A DNA stretch of 63,853 nt, filler included, from Reclinomonas americana ATCC 50394 (Eukaryota), in assembly GCA_048213135.1 (NCBI GenBank). It is 10 parts of 6 records of this genome, joined end to end, with 100 filler letters (N's around TTAATTAATTAA, not from the genome) between each part and the next. Parts side by side here need not be neighbours in the genome. Positions count along the whole stretch, not along the records: positions 62,681 to 63,853 come from PS015757.1; 9 more parts are not named here. One strand, 5' to 3'. The translations under genes were made by a program, and so were the position numbers. Below, one piece after another: positions 63,081 to 63,853 of this stretch. Positions within the stretch are counted from its first letter, which is position 1; every line of letters starts with the position of its first letter. The notes under the pieces were generated by a model. It worked only from the letters and a program-made list of their open reading frames with translations. It ran no database searches and was not told the DNA's origin.

Positions 63081-63745
63081 GTGATGGGCAACCAAATGCC
63101 CGCCGACGTCGTCTTCCGCCGCATGTTCCCCGGTCAGCCTCCCTCCCTCTTCCCTTTCGCCGCCCTTTGCCTGTTTTGTATCTCACTCTCCCCCTCGCAG
63201 GCACCTCTCTCGGCGTCCTCCTCGGCAGTCTCGCGCTCGTCGGCCTCGCGCTCCTCCTTCGACGCAAGCACCGGCGCGAAAACAATCCCACTCTGGTGAC
63301 CTCCATCCCGATTGGTCTCGATGCACCGTCGACCATTGCCCTGCCGCTGCTGGTCATTGGGCCGGCGTATCAAGAGGCACTCAAACATTCTTCGGTGGAC
63401 GAGGCGGCCACCGAGGCCTACCACATTGGCTGCAGCGTGGTCTTCCTCATTGGCCTTTTCAAACTGCTCTTTGCCATCCTCACGGAGACCGGCTTCCAGA
63501 AGCTGTTCCACGCGGCCGGCAAGAAGGGCGCGCTGGCCGGCATTGGCTTTGCGCTGCTCGGCATGGTCAACCTGGCCAACATTATCAAGGAGCCTGTCAC
63601 CGGCCTGCTCTCGCTCGGTCTACTGCTGTGGTTTATTCTGCCGCGCGTGGTGCCGCTGACCAACAAACCGTCGCGTGTGGCGCTCTCGTACCTCGGCGGA
63701 CTTGTGTCGCTGTTCCTGGGCATTGCGGTGTTTTACACCATGGCA
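63081..63745 (+). CDS. Nucleobase permease-like transporter (NCS2/AzgA-related), internal exons
   Basis: VFRRMFP|GTSLGVLLGSLALVGLALLLRRK...VTSIPIGLDAPSTIALPLLVIGPAY...AYHIGCSVVFLIGLFKLLFA...GALAGIGFALLG...EPVTGLLSL: multiple TM helices and a T-x-x-P-x-G-L-D-x-P-S motif. Not in the ORF track. Confidence 0.7.
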
Positions 63746-63853
63746 GTTGAGTGGCTCTTGTTTCGCAAACTGCAATTGCACGCGCACGCTCTCTCTCTCT
63801 CTCTCTCTCTCCATCTTTCTCTCTTTTCTTTCAATTTGCTGGTAGAGTGTCTT

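Overview
Gappy scaffold from an intron-rich, GC-rich microbial eukaryote (species not identifiable from sequence alone). Introns are short or filled with CT/CA microsatellites, and N gaps carry artificial TTAATTAATTAA linkers. All gene models come from manual splicing and all family calls from motif recognition; no searches were run. In order: a Cdc123/R2K-type ATP-grasp protein with polyPro + WH2-like N-terminus (-); an unknown multi-pass membrane protein (+); a coiled-coil protein (-); one ~10 kb gene fusing a degenerate small-GTPase-like region, a TKL-type kinase and a degenerate ADP-ribosylglycohydrolase domain (-); a MITE-like inverted-repeat element; two tandem four-exon genes for 55/56-aa microproteins missed by the ORF track; a secreted trefoil-EGF-DUF5054/GH38-like glycosidase (+); the N-terminal part of proteasome Rpt1 (-); SYS1-like exon 1 (+); a partial unknown gene (-); an LRR-Pro-rich-PB1 protein (+); a ~22 kb fibrocystin-L-like surface protein gene with inserted spherulin-4/GH135-like and cadherin-like modules (+); an intron-containing RuvC-like resolvase (+); and a partial NCS2/AzgA-like permease (+). 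A window-wide oddity is frequent use of 5' splice sites with an extra T (GTTGCG, GTTGAG).
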